Made by a program: the position numbers and the translations under genes. Under the pieces are notes generated by a model that did no database searches, had not been told where the DNA came from, and worked only from the letters and a program-made list of their open reading frames with translations. Positions 1 through 9,439 of a DNA stretch of 47,750 nucleotides are shown in pieces; the stretch's first letter is position 1, and each line of letters starts with the position of its first letter. The DNA is taken from UHGV virus genome UHGV-1789659. The stretch is one strand, 5' to 3'. Origin of the DNA: a virus.

Positions 1-3
1 CTA

Positions 4-570
4 TTAATCATTCAATAATCTATATTTTCTTTTGATTAAATCTTCACCTTTTTTGGTGAACACAAAACCAAATTGCGATTTTTTGTTTAGACGAAGGACT
101 CTGTTATCCAACGCATCGGTTGATGGAATCAATGTTTGATCATCTATCCAATTAAGTAGCGTAAGAAAGTTCAGCAGCCTCAACGTTGTTGTGCGAAGCT
201 CTTTCGATATATTTTCAATGCTGGCAATTCGTCTTTCTTTTTTCTCAGGTGGTACAGATAATTGTTCTTGAGGTTTCGTGGATAGATAATCAATTTCGTT
301 TGCTGCATCGAATGATATGTGTGGCGTAATTTTGCTAAAAAAGCCTTTCGCTGACTCACTTGATAATAAACCAGACCTATTCATATCGTTTGTTATTCTG
401 TACAGGAGTGGACTGTGTTTCATTTCAGGATAACGTTGATAAAAGTTAAGCAATTCAAAAGCAGCATTAGCACCAACAAGAAAATCAGAAGGATCGCTGA
501 CTTTCCAGAAAGAATGATTTTTCTTAGCGCCAGTGGTGTCAACAAATGATAATTCTTTTAACCAACTCAT
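4..570 (-). CDS. hypothetical protein; start moved to the ATG at 570, which follows a GGAG-type RBS (ORF track opens at 603)
   Basis: Long minus-strand ORF; RBS (plus-strand CTCCTTTC at 577-584) lies upstream of the internal Met (MSWLKEL...). No recognisable motif. Confidence 0.45.
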   Translation of the reverse strand: MSWLKELSFVDTTGAKKNHSFWKVSDPSDFLVGANAAFELLNFYQRYPEMKHSPLLYRITNDMNRSGLLSSESAKGFFSKITPHISFDAANEIDYLSTKPQEQLSVPPEKKERRIASIENISKELRTTTLRLLNFLTLLNWIDDQTLIPSTDALDNRVLRLNKKSQFGFVFTKKGEDLIKRKYRLLND

Positions 571-635
571 GATGTGCTCCTTTCTAACAAGTGAGCACAT
601 CATAGAATTAGTTGATAGGGGGTAAATATGAAATG

Positions 636-914
636 TTACGGCAACCTGCTCAGTATTTCCTCTAGATCTTTTTTTGTCATATTGGAGTTTTCATAGATGC
701 GCATGATTTTCTCACGCGTCTTAGCGGAAACCCCAACGGCAGATGTGACTTTGTCAAATTCAGCCATAGTCATCGTCTCCAGAATGGCATTGATAACTTC
801 AGCCTTAGACATCTTGATTTTTTTCTCTTTGAGTTTTATTTGGAATTTTCCAAGTTTTTCATTGGCCTTATCAGACAATGCCACTTGGCAATAAGTTGTT
901 TTCTTTTCGCTCAT
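636..914 (-). CDS. hypothetical small lysine-rich protein
   Basis: 92-aa ORF with ATG start, immediately downstream of the helicase gene on the same strand. Confidence 0.4.
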   Translation of the reverse strand: MSEKKTTYCQVALSDKANEKLGKFQIKLKEKKIKMSKAEVINAILETMTMAEFDKVTSAVGVSAKTREKIMRIYENSNMTKKDLEEILSRLP

Positions 915-916
915 AA

Positions 917-2476
917 CTAATCTCGTTTCAGAACTCCAAAATCGAATGCGCCATCAATAGGCAATACACCTTCTGCAAAGCCAGGTGTGGTGTCGATGAT
1001 GTGTTTTCGCTCATAAGAGTGAGACAACAGGTATTTGTTGCTAATGTCAATGAAATCAGTGATAAAACACACGTTTGCCTGATTCTTCTTGGCTCGTAAG
1101 CCACGACCGACACGTTGTCTCATTTCAACTTCTGCTTTCCCGCCACCAGCAAGAATGACCGCACCAACGCTTGGCACATCAACACCGACATCCAGAATAG
1201 TCGAGCCTATTAAAACATCTATTTCACCAGACGCTAAACTGTTCAGCTTTGCTTGCCTTGTCGCCTGGTTCGATTCCCCATAGATGAAGTCAACTCTAAG
1301 ACCGGACTCCTTCATCATCTCCATCAGGATTTGCCCGTGGCGTTTAAGACGAACCAGAGTCATGCAGTTGAGAGAGTGTTGCTTATAGAGCAATGCTTCG
1401 CGCACAATGGCCTCGTTACGTCCCAAATTATACACGATCCCCAACTGATAAGCCTTTTGGTAGGCAGTGCTCATACCAACTCTAAAATTGAGGTGTTTGT
1501 TAGCAAGTTCTGCCTTGATTCTGACCTCGTCCGGTTTGTAGGCAACTTTATGATAAAGGAAGTATGGCTTTGCCAGAATGCCTTTATCAATCAGGTACTT
1601 TTCCGTGACTTTTATTTCAATTCGCCCGGCCACAGCCATCAGACGCATGTTGGCTTCCGTAGAATCCTTCATGAACGGCGTTGCCGTAAGCGCCAGGCGA
1701 TAGTCTGCGTTCGCACATAATCTGGCAATGTCATAGAAATTAGAGCCTGAAGACTCATGCGCCTCTTCCAGAATAAGAAGAGAGACACTTGAAAGGAAGC
1801 GTTTCACCAACTCCCGACGTTTGAGGTGGTAGCTTTTCTTATCTGGTGTTGCATCGCGTGGTGGTTCTTCGAGGAAACTTGCAAGAGTTTGAACTGTAGC
1901 AACGTTGATATGTCGCGATACCTGGAACTCACCCGAGCCAATTACTCCAACCTTTTGGTCTTTTAACCACGGTTCGCCATTTTCGGCGCGGTAGTCGATG
2001 GATCTCTGGAAGTTTTCGGCCATCTGAAACATCAGAACAGAGCGGGTTGTTAAAAATAATGTCATTCGACCGATACGTGCAGCTGCTTTGCAGGCAACAT
2101 TAGATTTCCCGCCACCAGTAGCGATCTGCGCAATCATCATTCCCTCGCGAACTAGCGTTTCCACAGTCTGATCCTGATACGCATAATCAGGATTGTATGG
2201 GAATGGGTTAACCGCCGGATTTGGCTTTCCAAGCGCCGGGGCTTTGTCTTTGCGGATATGAACACATTTGATGCCCGCCTTGTTCAAGTTCGTCGCTACA
2301 GGCTTGGCAAAGCCAGCAGGGAACGAGTTTTTACTCCAGTTGAACATCGTGCTTGTGCCTTTCCAGTCGCCAGTCTCGACTTCGTAGCTCAACATCTGTT
2401 GCACCAGTTGCTTTACCTTGTCATCTGCGCCAGAAATAAGCGCATTTACTGCGTTAGATACAATCCGAACAGTCAT
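917..2476 (-). CDS. SF2 DEAH-box helicase
   Basis: Motif I ATGGGKS, motif II LILEEAHE (DEAH variant), motif III LTATP, motif VI RQRVGRGLR in the translation; strong RBS (AAGGAAAGAGG) upstream of the ATG at 2476. Confidence 0.8.
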   Translation of the reverse strand: MTVRIVSNAVNALISGADDKVKQLVQQMLSYEVETGDWKGTSTMFNWSKNSFPAGFAKPVATNLNKAGIKCVHIRKDKAPALGKPNPAVNPFPYNPDYAYQDQTVETLVREGMMIAQIATGGGKSNVACKAAARIGRMTLFLTTRSVLMFQMAENFQRSIDYRAENGEPWLKDQKVGVIGSGEFQVSRHINVATVQTLASFLEEPPRDATPDKKSYHLKRRELVKRFLSSVSLLILEEAHESSGSNFYDIARLCANADYRLALTATPFMKDSTEANMRLMAVAGRIEIKVTEKYLIDKGILAKPYFLYHKVAYKPDEVRIKAELANKHLNFRVGMSTAYQKAYQLGIVYNLGRNEAIVREALLYKQHSLNCMTLVRLKRHGQILMEMMKESGLRVDFIYGESNQATRQAKLNSLASGEIDVLIGSTILDVGVDVPSVGAVILAGGGKAEVEMRQRVGRGLRAKKNQANVCFITDFIDISNKYLLSHSYERKHIIDTTPGFAEGVLPIDGAFDFGVLKRD

Positions 2477-2540
2477 AAACCTCTTTCCTTAGTGCCTTTT
2501 GTATGTTATTTGGCTATTATAATAAGTAAGTAATTACTTA

Positions 2541-3239
2541 GTGGATTGTAGCAATAAAATGGATGTAAAAATCACGATTTTGCAGGTTGATGTTGCCAAC
2601 CTTCGCCCGAATACCTGGAACACCAATTCGGTTGGTGCGCAGAATTTTGAAAAACTGAAAGGTTCTATCGAAAAATTGGGCTTTTTTAAGCCAATTTTGG
2701 CTCGTGAACTTGAAGATGGATTTTTTGAAATCCTCGGCGGCGAACATCGCTGGCGTGCTGCTATTGAGCAAGGAATTTCAACGGTTCCGGTGCTTTCTGT
2801 GGGCAAAATTAGCGATGTCGTAGCTAAACAGATGTCACTAGTGGACAACGAGCGATACGGTGAAGACGACCAAATCGCATTGCAACGCTTCATTGAAGAA
2901 ATTCAGTCAGAACTTGACTATCAACTGTCTGAAATCGCCCCGTATGACGACGAAATCTCGATGGTTTTAGCAAAAGAGGCGGCAATCGACCTTGAAGCAC
3001 TGGAGGCGTTGTCTCGTGGTAGTGATGAGCCTGTCGATACCGACAAACGAGAGAAAACCGAACGTGTGGGTGCGGAACATCAGACCATGCGCTTCAAAGT
3101 AACTTTCGATGCGTCAGATCGTGTTGCAGAAACCATAAAAAACATCATCAAAGAGCAGGCTATTAACACCGGTAATGAAATGGAGAACGCTGGTGAGGCT
3201 CTGGTGTGGCTGGTCGACTACTACAAGGAGCGTATGTAA
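2541..3239 (+). CDS. ParB/sulfiredoxin-like N-terminal domain protein with acidic C-terminus
   Basis: ILGGEHRWRAAIEQGISTVPV matches the ParB N-domain GxxRxxA box; stop overlaps the next start (TAATG). Confidence 0.7.
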   Translation: MDCSNKMDVKITILQVDVANLRPNTWNTNSVGAQNFEKLKGSIEKLGFFKPILARELEDGFFEILGGEHRWRAAIEQGISTVPVLSVGKISDVVAKQMSLVDNERYGEDDQIALQRFIEEIQSELDYQLSEIAPYDDEISMVLAKEAAIDLEALEALSRGSDEPVDTDKREKTERVGAEHQTMRFKVTFDASDRVAETIKNIIKEQAINTGNEMENAGEALVWLVDYYKERM

Positions 3240-3907
3240 TGACCAAAAAGTTTGAAATCGTATATCGCGACCCGGCAGATCTTATTCCCTATGAGATGAA
3301 TGCCAAAAAGCATGATGAACAGCAGATCCGAGATCTGGCCGCAGCCATTAAAAAGCGCGGATTTGACCAGCCAATTACGGTCGATAAGAACGACGTAATT
3401 ATTACTGGCCACGGCCGCCGTGAGGCTGCAATTTTTGCTGGACTTGAGCGCGTACCGGTTATTGTTCGCGATGATCTCAGTGATGACGAGGTTCGTGCGA
3501 AGCGCCTTGAAGATAACCGACTTGCCAGCATTGATTACGATGCAATTAAGCTACAGAAAGAGCTTGAGTCGCTTGTTCTGGACGATATCGAGGTTTTCGG
3601 CTTTGAAGAGCGGGAGTTGAATGTTCTCGTTGGCAGCATGACAGAAGAAATGGACACCGACTCGCTAGTTATCGATCTGGGCGAAGAAACTAAACGACAG
3701 AAGGATGAACACACCGAGATCAGTCGTGAAGTTGCAGCGGAAGAAGTACGTGTTGTCGACGTATTGGGCTTTAAAACGCTCCCTGCTGGCTCTGCCATTG
3801 TTGTTGGTGATTTGCTTGCCCACATGGAAGAAATGACGGGAGAAAGCGGGGTAGACGCATTTGTGGCATATGCGGAGAAGATCTCTTCCGGGGAGATGGC
3901 TGCATGA
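3239..3907 (+). CDS. second ParB-like N-terminal domain protein (start set at ATG 3239 with AAGGAG RBS)
   Basis: ITGHGRREAAIFAGLERVPVIV ParB-type box; acidic C-terminal half; translationally coupled on both sides. Confidence 0.7.
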   Translation: MTKKFEIVYRDPADLIPYEMNAKKHDEQQIRDLAAAIKKRGFDQPITVDKNDVIITGHGRREAAIFAGLERVPVIVRDDLSDDEVRAKRLEDNRLASIDYDAIKLQKELESLVLDDIEVFGFEERELNVLVGSMTEEMDTDSLVIDLGEETKRQKDEHTEISREVAAEEVRVVDVLGFKTLPAGSAIVVGDLLAHMEEMTGESGVDAFVAYAEKISSGEMAA

Positions 3908-4569
3908 GCAAATACATCATCAACGTATCGTTTCAGACTCGCGTAAATAAAACCACGCGCACGTTAGAAATCGCCGAATCGTTCGGGCTTGGTCTGGACG
4001 AAAAAGAGTGGACGCTTTACGACAATCTGGAGCTGGAAGTTAGGCAGGGCGATGTGGTGTACATCACCGGCCAATCCGGTTCAGGTAAATCCGTTGTGCT
4101 GCGCGAGCTGCAACGCCAGATGAAGGATGAAGGGCTTTCTGTAGCTTCTATTGATGACTTTACCTTCGATAATGAGGTTAACGTCATTGACCAACTGGGC
4201 AAAACTACCAGTGATGCGCTTGGGTTGTTATCTATGGCAGGTCTGAACGATGCATATCTGTTTGTTCGCAAGCCTTCTGAAATGTCAGACGGTCAGAAAT
4301 ATCGTCTCAAGATTGCCAAACTGATTGAGTCAGGCGCTAAAGTGTGGGCTGCTGACGAGTTCGGTGCTGTTCTCGACCGTGTAACCGCTCAGGTTGTGGC
4401 ATCTAATCTCCAGCGTGCCGCTCGAAAGGTTGGTGCGACGGTAATGGTGGCGACGACTCACGAAGACCTGAAGAACGCGCTGCGCCCGGATATGCAGATC
4501 ACCAAGCACTACAAAGAACGCGTGAAGGTGGAATATCACAATGGTAGTCATGATGAGGTCCATTCATGA
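3904..4569 (+). CDS. small ABC-type ATPase (Walker A/B, signature-like motif, H-loop)
   Basis: Walker A GQSGSGKS, signature-like SDGQKYRL, Walker B VWAADEFG, H-loop ATTHED; ATGA overlap with flanking genes. Confidence 0.65.
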   Translation: MSKYIINVSFQTRVNKTTRTLEIAESFGLGLDEKEWTLYDNLELEVRQGDVVYITGQSGSGKSVVLRELQRQMKDEGLSVASIDDFTFDNEVNVIDQLGKTTSDALGLLSMAGLNDAYLFVRKPSEMSDGQKYRLKIAKLIESGAKVWAADEFGAVLDRVTAQVVASNLQRAARKVGATVMVATTHEDLKNALRPDMQITKHYKERVKVEYHNGSHDEVHS

Positions 4570-5456
4570 CGGACATCATCATTAAACGCTACCGCACTGA
4601 AGAGTTTCCGCGTCATCTGGACTTTCTGGAGCGAATGACTGTTACAAAGGGAACTGTAGAGGACTGGCACGCTCTTAAGTCGCTTCACTACAAAACAGAC
4701 GGCAAACCTTTCGCGCCAACTTACTATCGCTGCGAACTTGATGACCGTCTGGTGGGCGTCGTGGTTATGGCTTACCCGAAACTACTGTTGGCACCTCGCC
4801 ACCGCATGTTTCCTAAGTTGAAACCAACCACTAATACCACCGTGGCTAACCAGTACTGGGGTCGGTACGTGAATAACAACTTTGCGGTGATTAGTCGCTC
4901 AGTTGTGGATACTCAGTATCGTGGCGTAGGCGTCTCTTATCGAATGATTAACCTGGTTAGCAGGATGCATGACCGGCCAATCATTGAGATCCAGTCCTCG
5001 ATGAGCAAATACAATCCCTTCGCCATGAAAGCAGGGTTTAAGTTCATCCGCCCTGAGCGACCGAAGAGCTATGAAAGTGCACTGCGTGTTTTCCAGCGTC
5101 ATTTTCGTTCCGACCCGGGTGATAACGAGGCGATCGTCAAAGAGTTGTTCGCAATGAGCGAGTCACGTCGTCGCCGTGCACTGCGTGATCTGGTGGCGGA
5201 CTACCACAAGAACAGTTCCCTGGCAAAAGCTGGGCGGAATCGCGGCACGACGATTCAGGACATTGCCGACAGTCTGGTGGACGAGGCCAGTATTGTGAAG
5301 CTGCTCAAGGACATTCACAACCTTAGCTTTACGTCTCCGTTGTATGGTGTGTATCGAAACCCTGACTTTGGTCGTCGACTGCCTGACACGCTGCCACTGC
5401 TGGCATTCGACAAACAACCTTTGGATAAACCGTTAGAAATTGCTTTACCGGCATAA
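4566..5456 (+). CDS. hypothetical protein with GNAT-like motif A
   Basis: 296-aa ORF; QYRGVGVSYRMINLV resembles the acetyl-CoA-binding motif A (Q/RxxGxG/A) of GNAT folds; coupled start (ATGA). Confidence 0.5.
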   Translation: MTDIIIKRYRTEEFPRHLDFLERMTVTKGTVEDWHALKSLHYKTDGKPFAPTYYRCELDDRLVGVVVMAYPKLLLAPRHRMFPKLKPTTNTTVANQYWGRYVNNNFAVISRSVVDTQYRGVGVSYRMINLVSRMHDRPIIEIQSSMSKYNPFAMKAGFKFIRPERPKSYESALRVFQRHFRSDPGDNEAIVKELFAMSESRRRRALRDLVADYHKNSSLAKAGRNRGTTIQDIADSLVDEASIVKLLKDIHNLSFTSPLYGVYRNPDFGRRLPDTLPLLAFDKQPLDKPLEIALPA

Positions 5457-5465
5457 GGATTTGCC

Positions 5466-5732
5466 ATGACGTTAACCGACAAACAAAAGGACATCATCAA
5501 AACGCTCAATCTCGGTTATGAGCGAGGTCATCTACTTGATCTGGACGAATTGCTTGAAGTTTTGCCGTACAAGACAACAAAGCAAAGTATCCAGTTCTCA
5601 ATTCGCGCTCTGATAAAAAAGGGGCTGGTGGAGAAAGGGCATACGCGCCAACGCAGTGACAATCGCTATCACCGCCGGACTCTTGGGTTAACCACTTTAG
5701 GTCGAGCCAAAGCGAAGTTACTGGTGATGTAA
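5466..5732 (+). CDS. small basic protein, possible winged-helix DNA binder
   Basis: 88-aa ORF with AAGGA RBS, last gene of the five-gene operon; basic C-terminus. Confidence 0.45.
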   Translation: MTLTDKQKDIIKTLNLGYERGHLLDLDELLEVLPYKTTKQSIQFSIRALIKKGLVEKGHTRQRSDNRYHRRTLGLTTLGRAKAKLLVM

Positions 5733-5756
5733 TCGGTCTGGGACGTTATTTAAAGA

Positions 5757-5811
5757 CCTGCTTCTGTATATATAAATAATAAGTAACTTATTAAATATAT
5801 ACGGAAGCAGG
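5757..5811. repeat. 55-bp near-perfect palindrome (copy 1) with AT-rich core containing AATAAGTAACTTATT
   Basis: Arms CCTGCTTCTGTATAT / ATATACGGAAGCAGG read directly; a second copy lies at 36597-36645. Confidence 0.8.
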
Positions 5812-5875
5812 CTTAGTAAGACATGCCCAGACCTAATTAGACACACCAGAAAACAAGTTGGTTAGCAGATGCAGT

Positions 5876-5890
5876 AAACAAGTTGTTTTA
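5876..5890. promoter_or_regulatory. AAACAAGTTGTTT operator-like inverted repeat upstream of the terminase operon
   Basis: Near-palindrome; a related GAAAACAAGTTGG lies at 5847-5860; similar sites upstream of parA and the dnaB-like gene. Confidence 0.35.
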
Positions 5891-5928
5891 GAGCGCATGG
5901 ACGCGCTCTGTGTGTTTTAGAGGGATCT

Positions 5929-6561
5929 ATGACTGTCGAAAAAGACGAGGTAAAAACTCGCCTGACACCAGCGGAGTGGGCCGAAGCTGAAGCCAAATGG
6001 ACGTCAGGCGAATATACACTCTCAAAGCTGGAGGAAGAGTACGGCATTCGTCGTGAAACACTCTCCAGACATTTCAAAAAGCGAGGATTAGAGAAAGGCG
6101 CGGACTCTGTTGGGAAGATGGTTCGTGAGTCTCTTAAATCTGACGCAGAGCTTCGCGCTAAAGCCCGTGCGGAAAAGATAGAAGAACGTCGTACACGTTA
6201 TGACGGCTGGGCGTATGCGTTGGGGCAGATGGTGATGGTCGAAGTCACTACGGCCAAACGTGAGGGTAAGCCTTTAGGGGCGATTGAGGGTTCTCTCAAG
6301 AGCTTACAGAGAGCCAGTAATACCCTTGCAAAATGCTTTGAAGTTTCGTCCAAAGCATTGGGCATGGATCATGCGGAAAATGACGAGGAAGAAATTCCGA
6401 ACCTGGTATTTGGTGAGCTTACGCCTTCCCAGGTGGCGAAATTACGTCAGGAAGACGACGAGCCTGAAATCATCGATGACGAATTGCTTGAGACGTTGGA
6501 AGAAGAAGCTCTAAGCGAATTTGATGCGACAGATGATGGAAGTGAAGGGGAGGACGAATAA
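5929..6561 (+). CDS. putative terminase small subunit
   Basis: 210-aa ORF directly upstream of and coupled to the large terminase (TAATG); acidic C-terminal tail; GAGGGA RBS. Assignment is by position only. Confidence 0.45.
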   Translation: MTVEKDEVKTRLTPAEWAEAEAKWTSGEYTLSKLEEEYGIRRETLSRHFKKRGLEKGADSVGKMVRESLKSDAELRAKARAEKIEERRTRYDGWAYALGQMVMVEVTTAKREGKPLGAIEGSLKSLQRASNTLAKCFEVSSKALGMDHAENDEEEIPNLVFGELTPSQVAKLRQEDDEPEIIDDELLETLEEEALSEFDATDDGSEGEDE

Positions 6562-7817
6562 TGGTAATCCCGTCCTCGCTCAGTCTTGTGCAACTGCATT
6601 CTGGACAGATGAAAGTCTTCCAGTCTCCGCATCGATTTAAAGTTGTTTGTGCTGGTCGACGCTGGGGAAAATCCCGGTTGTCGATCTCCACTATTATTCG
6701 TGCGGCGGCAAAGGAAAAAAAGCAAAGGGTCTGGTATGTCGCTCCTACTTACCAGATGGCTCGCCAGATTTTGTGGGACGATCTACAGGAAGTTCTGCCC
6801 CGTAAGTGGGTTAGGAAAAAGAACGACACCACGATGACAATCGTGTTGAAGAACGGTTCGGAGATCGCCCTCAAAGGTGCTGATAAACCTGACACTCTGC
6901 GCGGCGTAGCGTTGCATTTTGTAGTGCTTGATGAATTTCAGGATATGAAGGCTGACACCTGGTACAAGGTGTTACGACCTACTCTTTCATCGACACGCGG
7001 CGGTGCACTGATTATTGGTACGCCAAAAGGCTTCTCGGAATTTCACAAACTGTGGACTATAGGCCAGAACGTAGAGCTGCAAAGAAAGGGACAGTGGAAG
7101 AGCTGGCAGTTTGTAACTGCTGATTCGCCGTTTGTGCCTACGGCGGAAATTGAAGCTGCTAAGAACGATATGGACCCTAAATCGTTCGCTCAGGAGTACC
7201 TGGCCAGCTTTGAAAATATGTCCGGGCGCGTTTACTACCCGTTCGATCGAAACGTGCATGTTAAACCGCTTCAGTTCAACCCTCGGTTGCCTATATGGGT
7301 AGGACAGGACTTCAACATTGACCCGATGTCTTCCGTAATTTTGCAACCTCAGCCAAATGGTGAGCTATGGGCAATTGATGAATTGGTGCTCTTTTCCTCT
7401 AACACGGCAGAGGTTTGTGATGAGCTTGAGAGGCGCTTCTGGCGCTGGAAATCACAGATAACGGTATTTCCAGATCCGGCAGGTGCTTATCGCCAACATG
7501 CTCGCGGGGAGTCTGACGTAGACATATTCAAAGAGAAGGGATTCTTACGTGTCGATTATTCGAAAAAGCACCCGCCAATTGCGGATCGTGTTAATGCTGT
7601 TAACCGAATGCTGATGACCGCATCTGGAGATATCCGGCTGTATATCGATCCGAAGTGCAAGCATTTGATTGATTCACTGGAAAAGGTCATCTACAAGCCT
7701 GGAACACGAGATATGGATAAGACAGGTGGCATTGAGCATAGTGCAGACGCATTGGGCTATCCAGTACATCGTAGGTATCCAGTCAAAAACCGTGTTATTC
7801 TTGGTGGTTCTCGATAG
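6561..7817 (+). CDS. terminase large subunit
   Basis: Walker A-like VVCAGRRWGKS and Walker B HFVVLDEFQD in the N-terminal ATPase region; C-terminal nuclease-sized domain; GAGG RBS. Confidence 0.85.
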   Translation: MVIPSSLSLVQLHSGQMKVFQSPHRFKVVCAGRRWGKSRLSISTIIRAAAKEKKQRVWYVAPTYQMARQILWDDLQEVLPRKWVRKKNDTTMTIVLKNGSEIALKGADKPDTLRGVALHFVVLDEFQDMKADTWYKVLRPTLSSTRGGALIIGTPKGFSEFHKLWTIGQNVELQRKGQWKSWQFVTADSPFVPTAEIEAAKNDMDPKSFAQEYLASFENMSGRVYYPFDRNVHVKPLQFNPRLPIWVGQDFNIDPMSSVILQPQPNGELWAIDELVLFSSNTAEVCDELERRFWRWKSQITVFPDPAGAYRQHARGESDVDIFKEKGFLRVDYSKKHPPIADRVNAVNRMLMTASGDIRLYIDPKCKHLIDSLEKVIYKPGTRDMDKTGGIEHSADALGYPVHRRYPVKNRVILGGSR

Positions 7818-7832
7818 GTAAGTAATTATCTA
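7813..7832 (+). promoter_or_regulatory. GATAGGTAAGTAATTATCTA conserved intergenic motif
   Basis: Member of the GATA(A/G)GTA(A/G)GT palindromic family, immediately upstream of the portal gene. Confidence 0.4.
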
Positions 7833-7843
7833 AGGTTATTCAA

Positions 7844-9418
7844 ATGGAATTGAACGACAAACAAATTAAGGATCTGGTGGCGCGACGCCACCCGGAATAC
7901 GAAAAGAAAAAAGAACATTGGGACTTCCTCGCCAGCACTTACGCTGGCGGGCGTGGTTGGTTTACAGACAATATCTTTCGTTACTTTAAAGAGGGAGATC
8001 AGGAGTTTAAGGAGCGAGTTGAGCGTGCTTATCGCTTCAACCACACTCGTGAGGTGGTAAACCTCATCAACAAATATCTCTTTAAAGAAGACATTCATAG
8101 AAATATCGAAGAGGCACCAGAGCAGATCCGCAATTTCTGGAAACGTGCGACCCGCCAGAATGCCTCTATTGACTCATTTATGGCCGCTATTGATTTGCAG
8201 TCGTCTATTTACGGTCGCATATGGGTTGTTGTCGATAGCACGATGAGTGGTGATGTTGAGTCAGTAGCTGACGAGAAAAAGAAAGATGCTCGCGCCTACG
8301 CCTACTGGATTTCACCTCAGCAAATGCTGGATGTGGCATGGGACGACGACGGGAATATGTTGTGGGCGTTAATTGTGGAAGTCGCTCGTGATGACGCAGA
8401 TCCTTTTACTTCTACAGGTCAGGAATACCAACGTTATCGTCTGTGGACACAAAACGAGTGGTATCTGTTTCGTGAGGAAGTGAAGAAGGGCGCTGGTGGA
8501 GCAGGTCGCCGTCAGGCAAAAGTTATTTTAGAGGATAGCGGTGCGCATAATCTCGGCGTAGTTCCTGTGTTTCCTGTTGATTGTATTGGAGAAAGTGAAT
8601 CACCGTATTTCAGCCCATCGTTGATCGATGATATCGCTTATCTTGATCGTGCGGTTGCAAACTATCTGTCAAACCTTGATGCCATTATTCAGGATCAGAC
8701 ATTTAGCCAGTTGGCTATACCGGTACAGTCGCTTTTACCTGGTGATGAAAACCACACTAAAGTGCTTGAAATGGGCACAAAGCGAGTCTTCACCTACGAT
8801 TCTGAAGGTGGAAACCAGCCGTTTTATCTGTCACCAGACCCGAAACAAGCTCAGATGATCATCACTACGATTAAGACGGTGATTAACGAAATCTACCATT
8901 CAGTTGGTGTAGCTGGTGAGCGAACGAAGCAGGACAACGCACAGGGAATCGATAACTCATCTGGTGCCGCAAAAATGTATGACTTCCAGCGTGTAAATAG
9001 CTTGCTTGTCACAAAAGCAGAGCGTCTGGAAAGGGCTGAACGCCAAATCATGCTACTGGTTGCGAAATGGATGGGGGTAGATCTGGACGAAGACCACTCT
9101 TTAATTGCGTATCCAGAAAGTTTCGATATTCGTGGCCTTACTGATGAATTTTCTGTTGCCGAGAAACTGTCGTTACTTCAGGCACCGGACTCTGTACGTC
9201 GTCACCAGATGGAAATGCTGATTGAGAAGATTTTCCCGAACATCACTGAGGCGATGAAGAAGGAATTTGATAAAGATCTCTTGAATTTTCCGCCAAAAAA
9301 TGATCTAAATACCCTTGAAAATAAGTCAGTACTTACTTATGATCAAGACGCAGCCCAAGAAAGCGGGCAAGATCAACCCCGAGGGAATGGGGACTCATCT
9401 ACTCAAGAGAACGAGTGA
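7844..9418 (+). CDS. portal protein (by size and position)
   Basis: 524-aa ORF between large terminase and scaffold; acidic C-terminus. Confidence 0.65.
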   Translation: MELNDKQIKDLVARRHPEYEKKKEHWDFLASTYAGGRGWFTDNIFRYFKEGDQEFKERVERAYRFNHTREVVNLINKYLFKEDIHRNIEEAPEQIRNFWKRATRQNASIDSFMAAIDLQSSIYGRIWVVVDSTMSGDVESVADEKKKDARAYAYWISPQQMLDVAWDDDGNMLWALIVEVARDDADPFTSTGQEYQRYRLWTQNEWYLFREEVKKGAGGAGRRQAKVILEDSGAHNLGVVPVFPVDCIGESESPYFSPSLIDDIAYLDRAVANYLSNLDAIIQDQTFSQLAIPVQSLLPGDENHTKVLEMGTKRVFTYDSEGGNQPFYLSPDPKQAQMIITTIKTVINEIYHSVGVAGERTKQDNAQGIDNSSGAAKMYDFQRVNSLLVTKAERLERAERQIMLLVAKWMGVDLDEDHSLIAYPESFDIRGLTDEFSVAEKLSLLQAPDSVRRHQMEMLIEKIFPNITEAMKKEFDKDLLNFPPKNDLNTLENKSVLTYDQDAAQESGQDQPRGNGDSSTQENE

Positions 9419-9439
9419 TAAGTAACAAAGGGAATTTTT

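Noticed and set aside
1253-1720. Plus-strand ORF antisense to the helicase gene
   Set aside because: Shadow ORF within the 917..2476 helicase CDS; no RBS and no motif.
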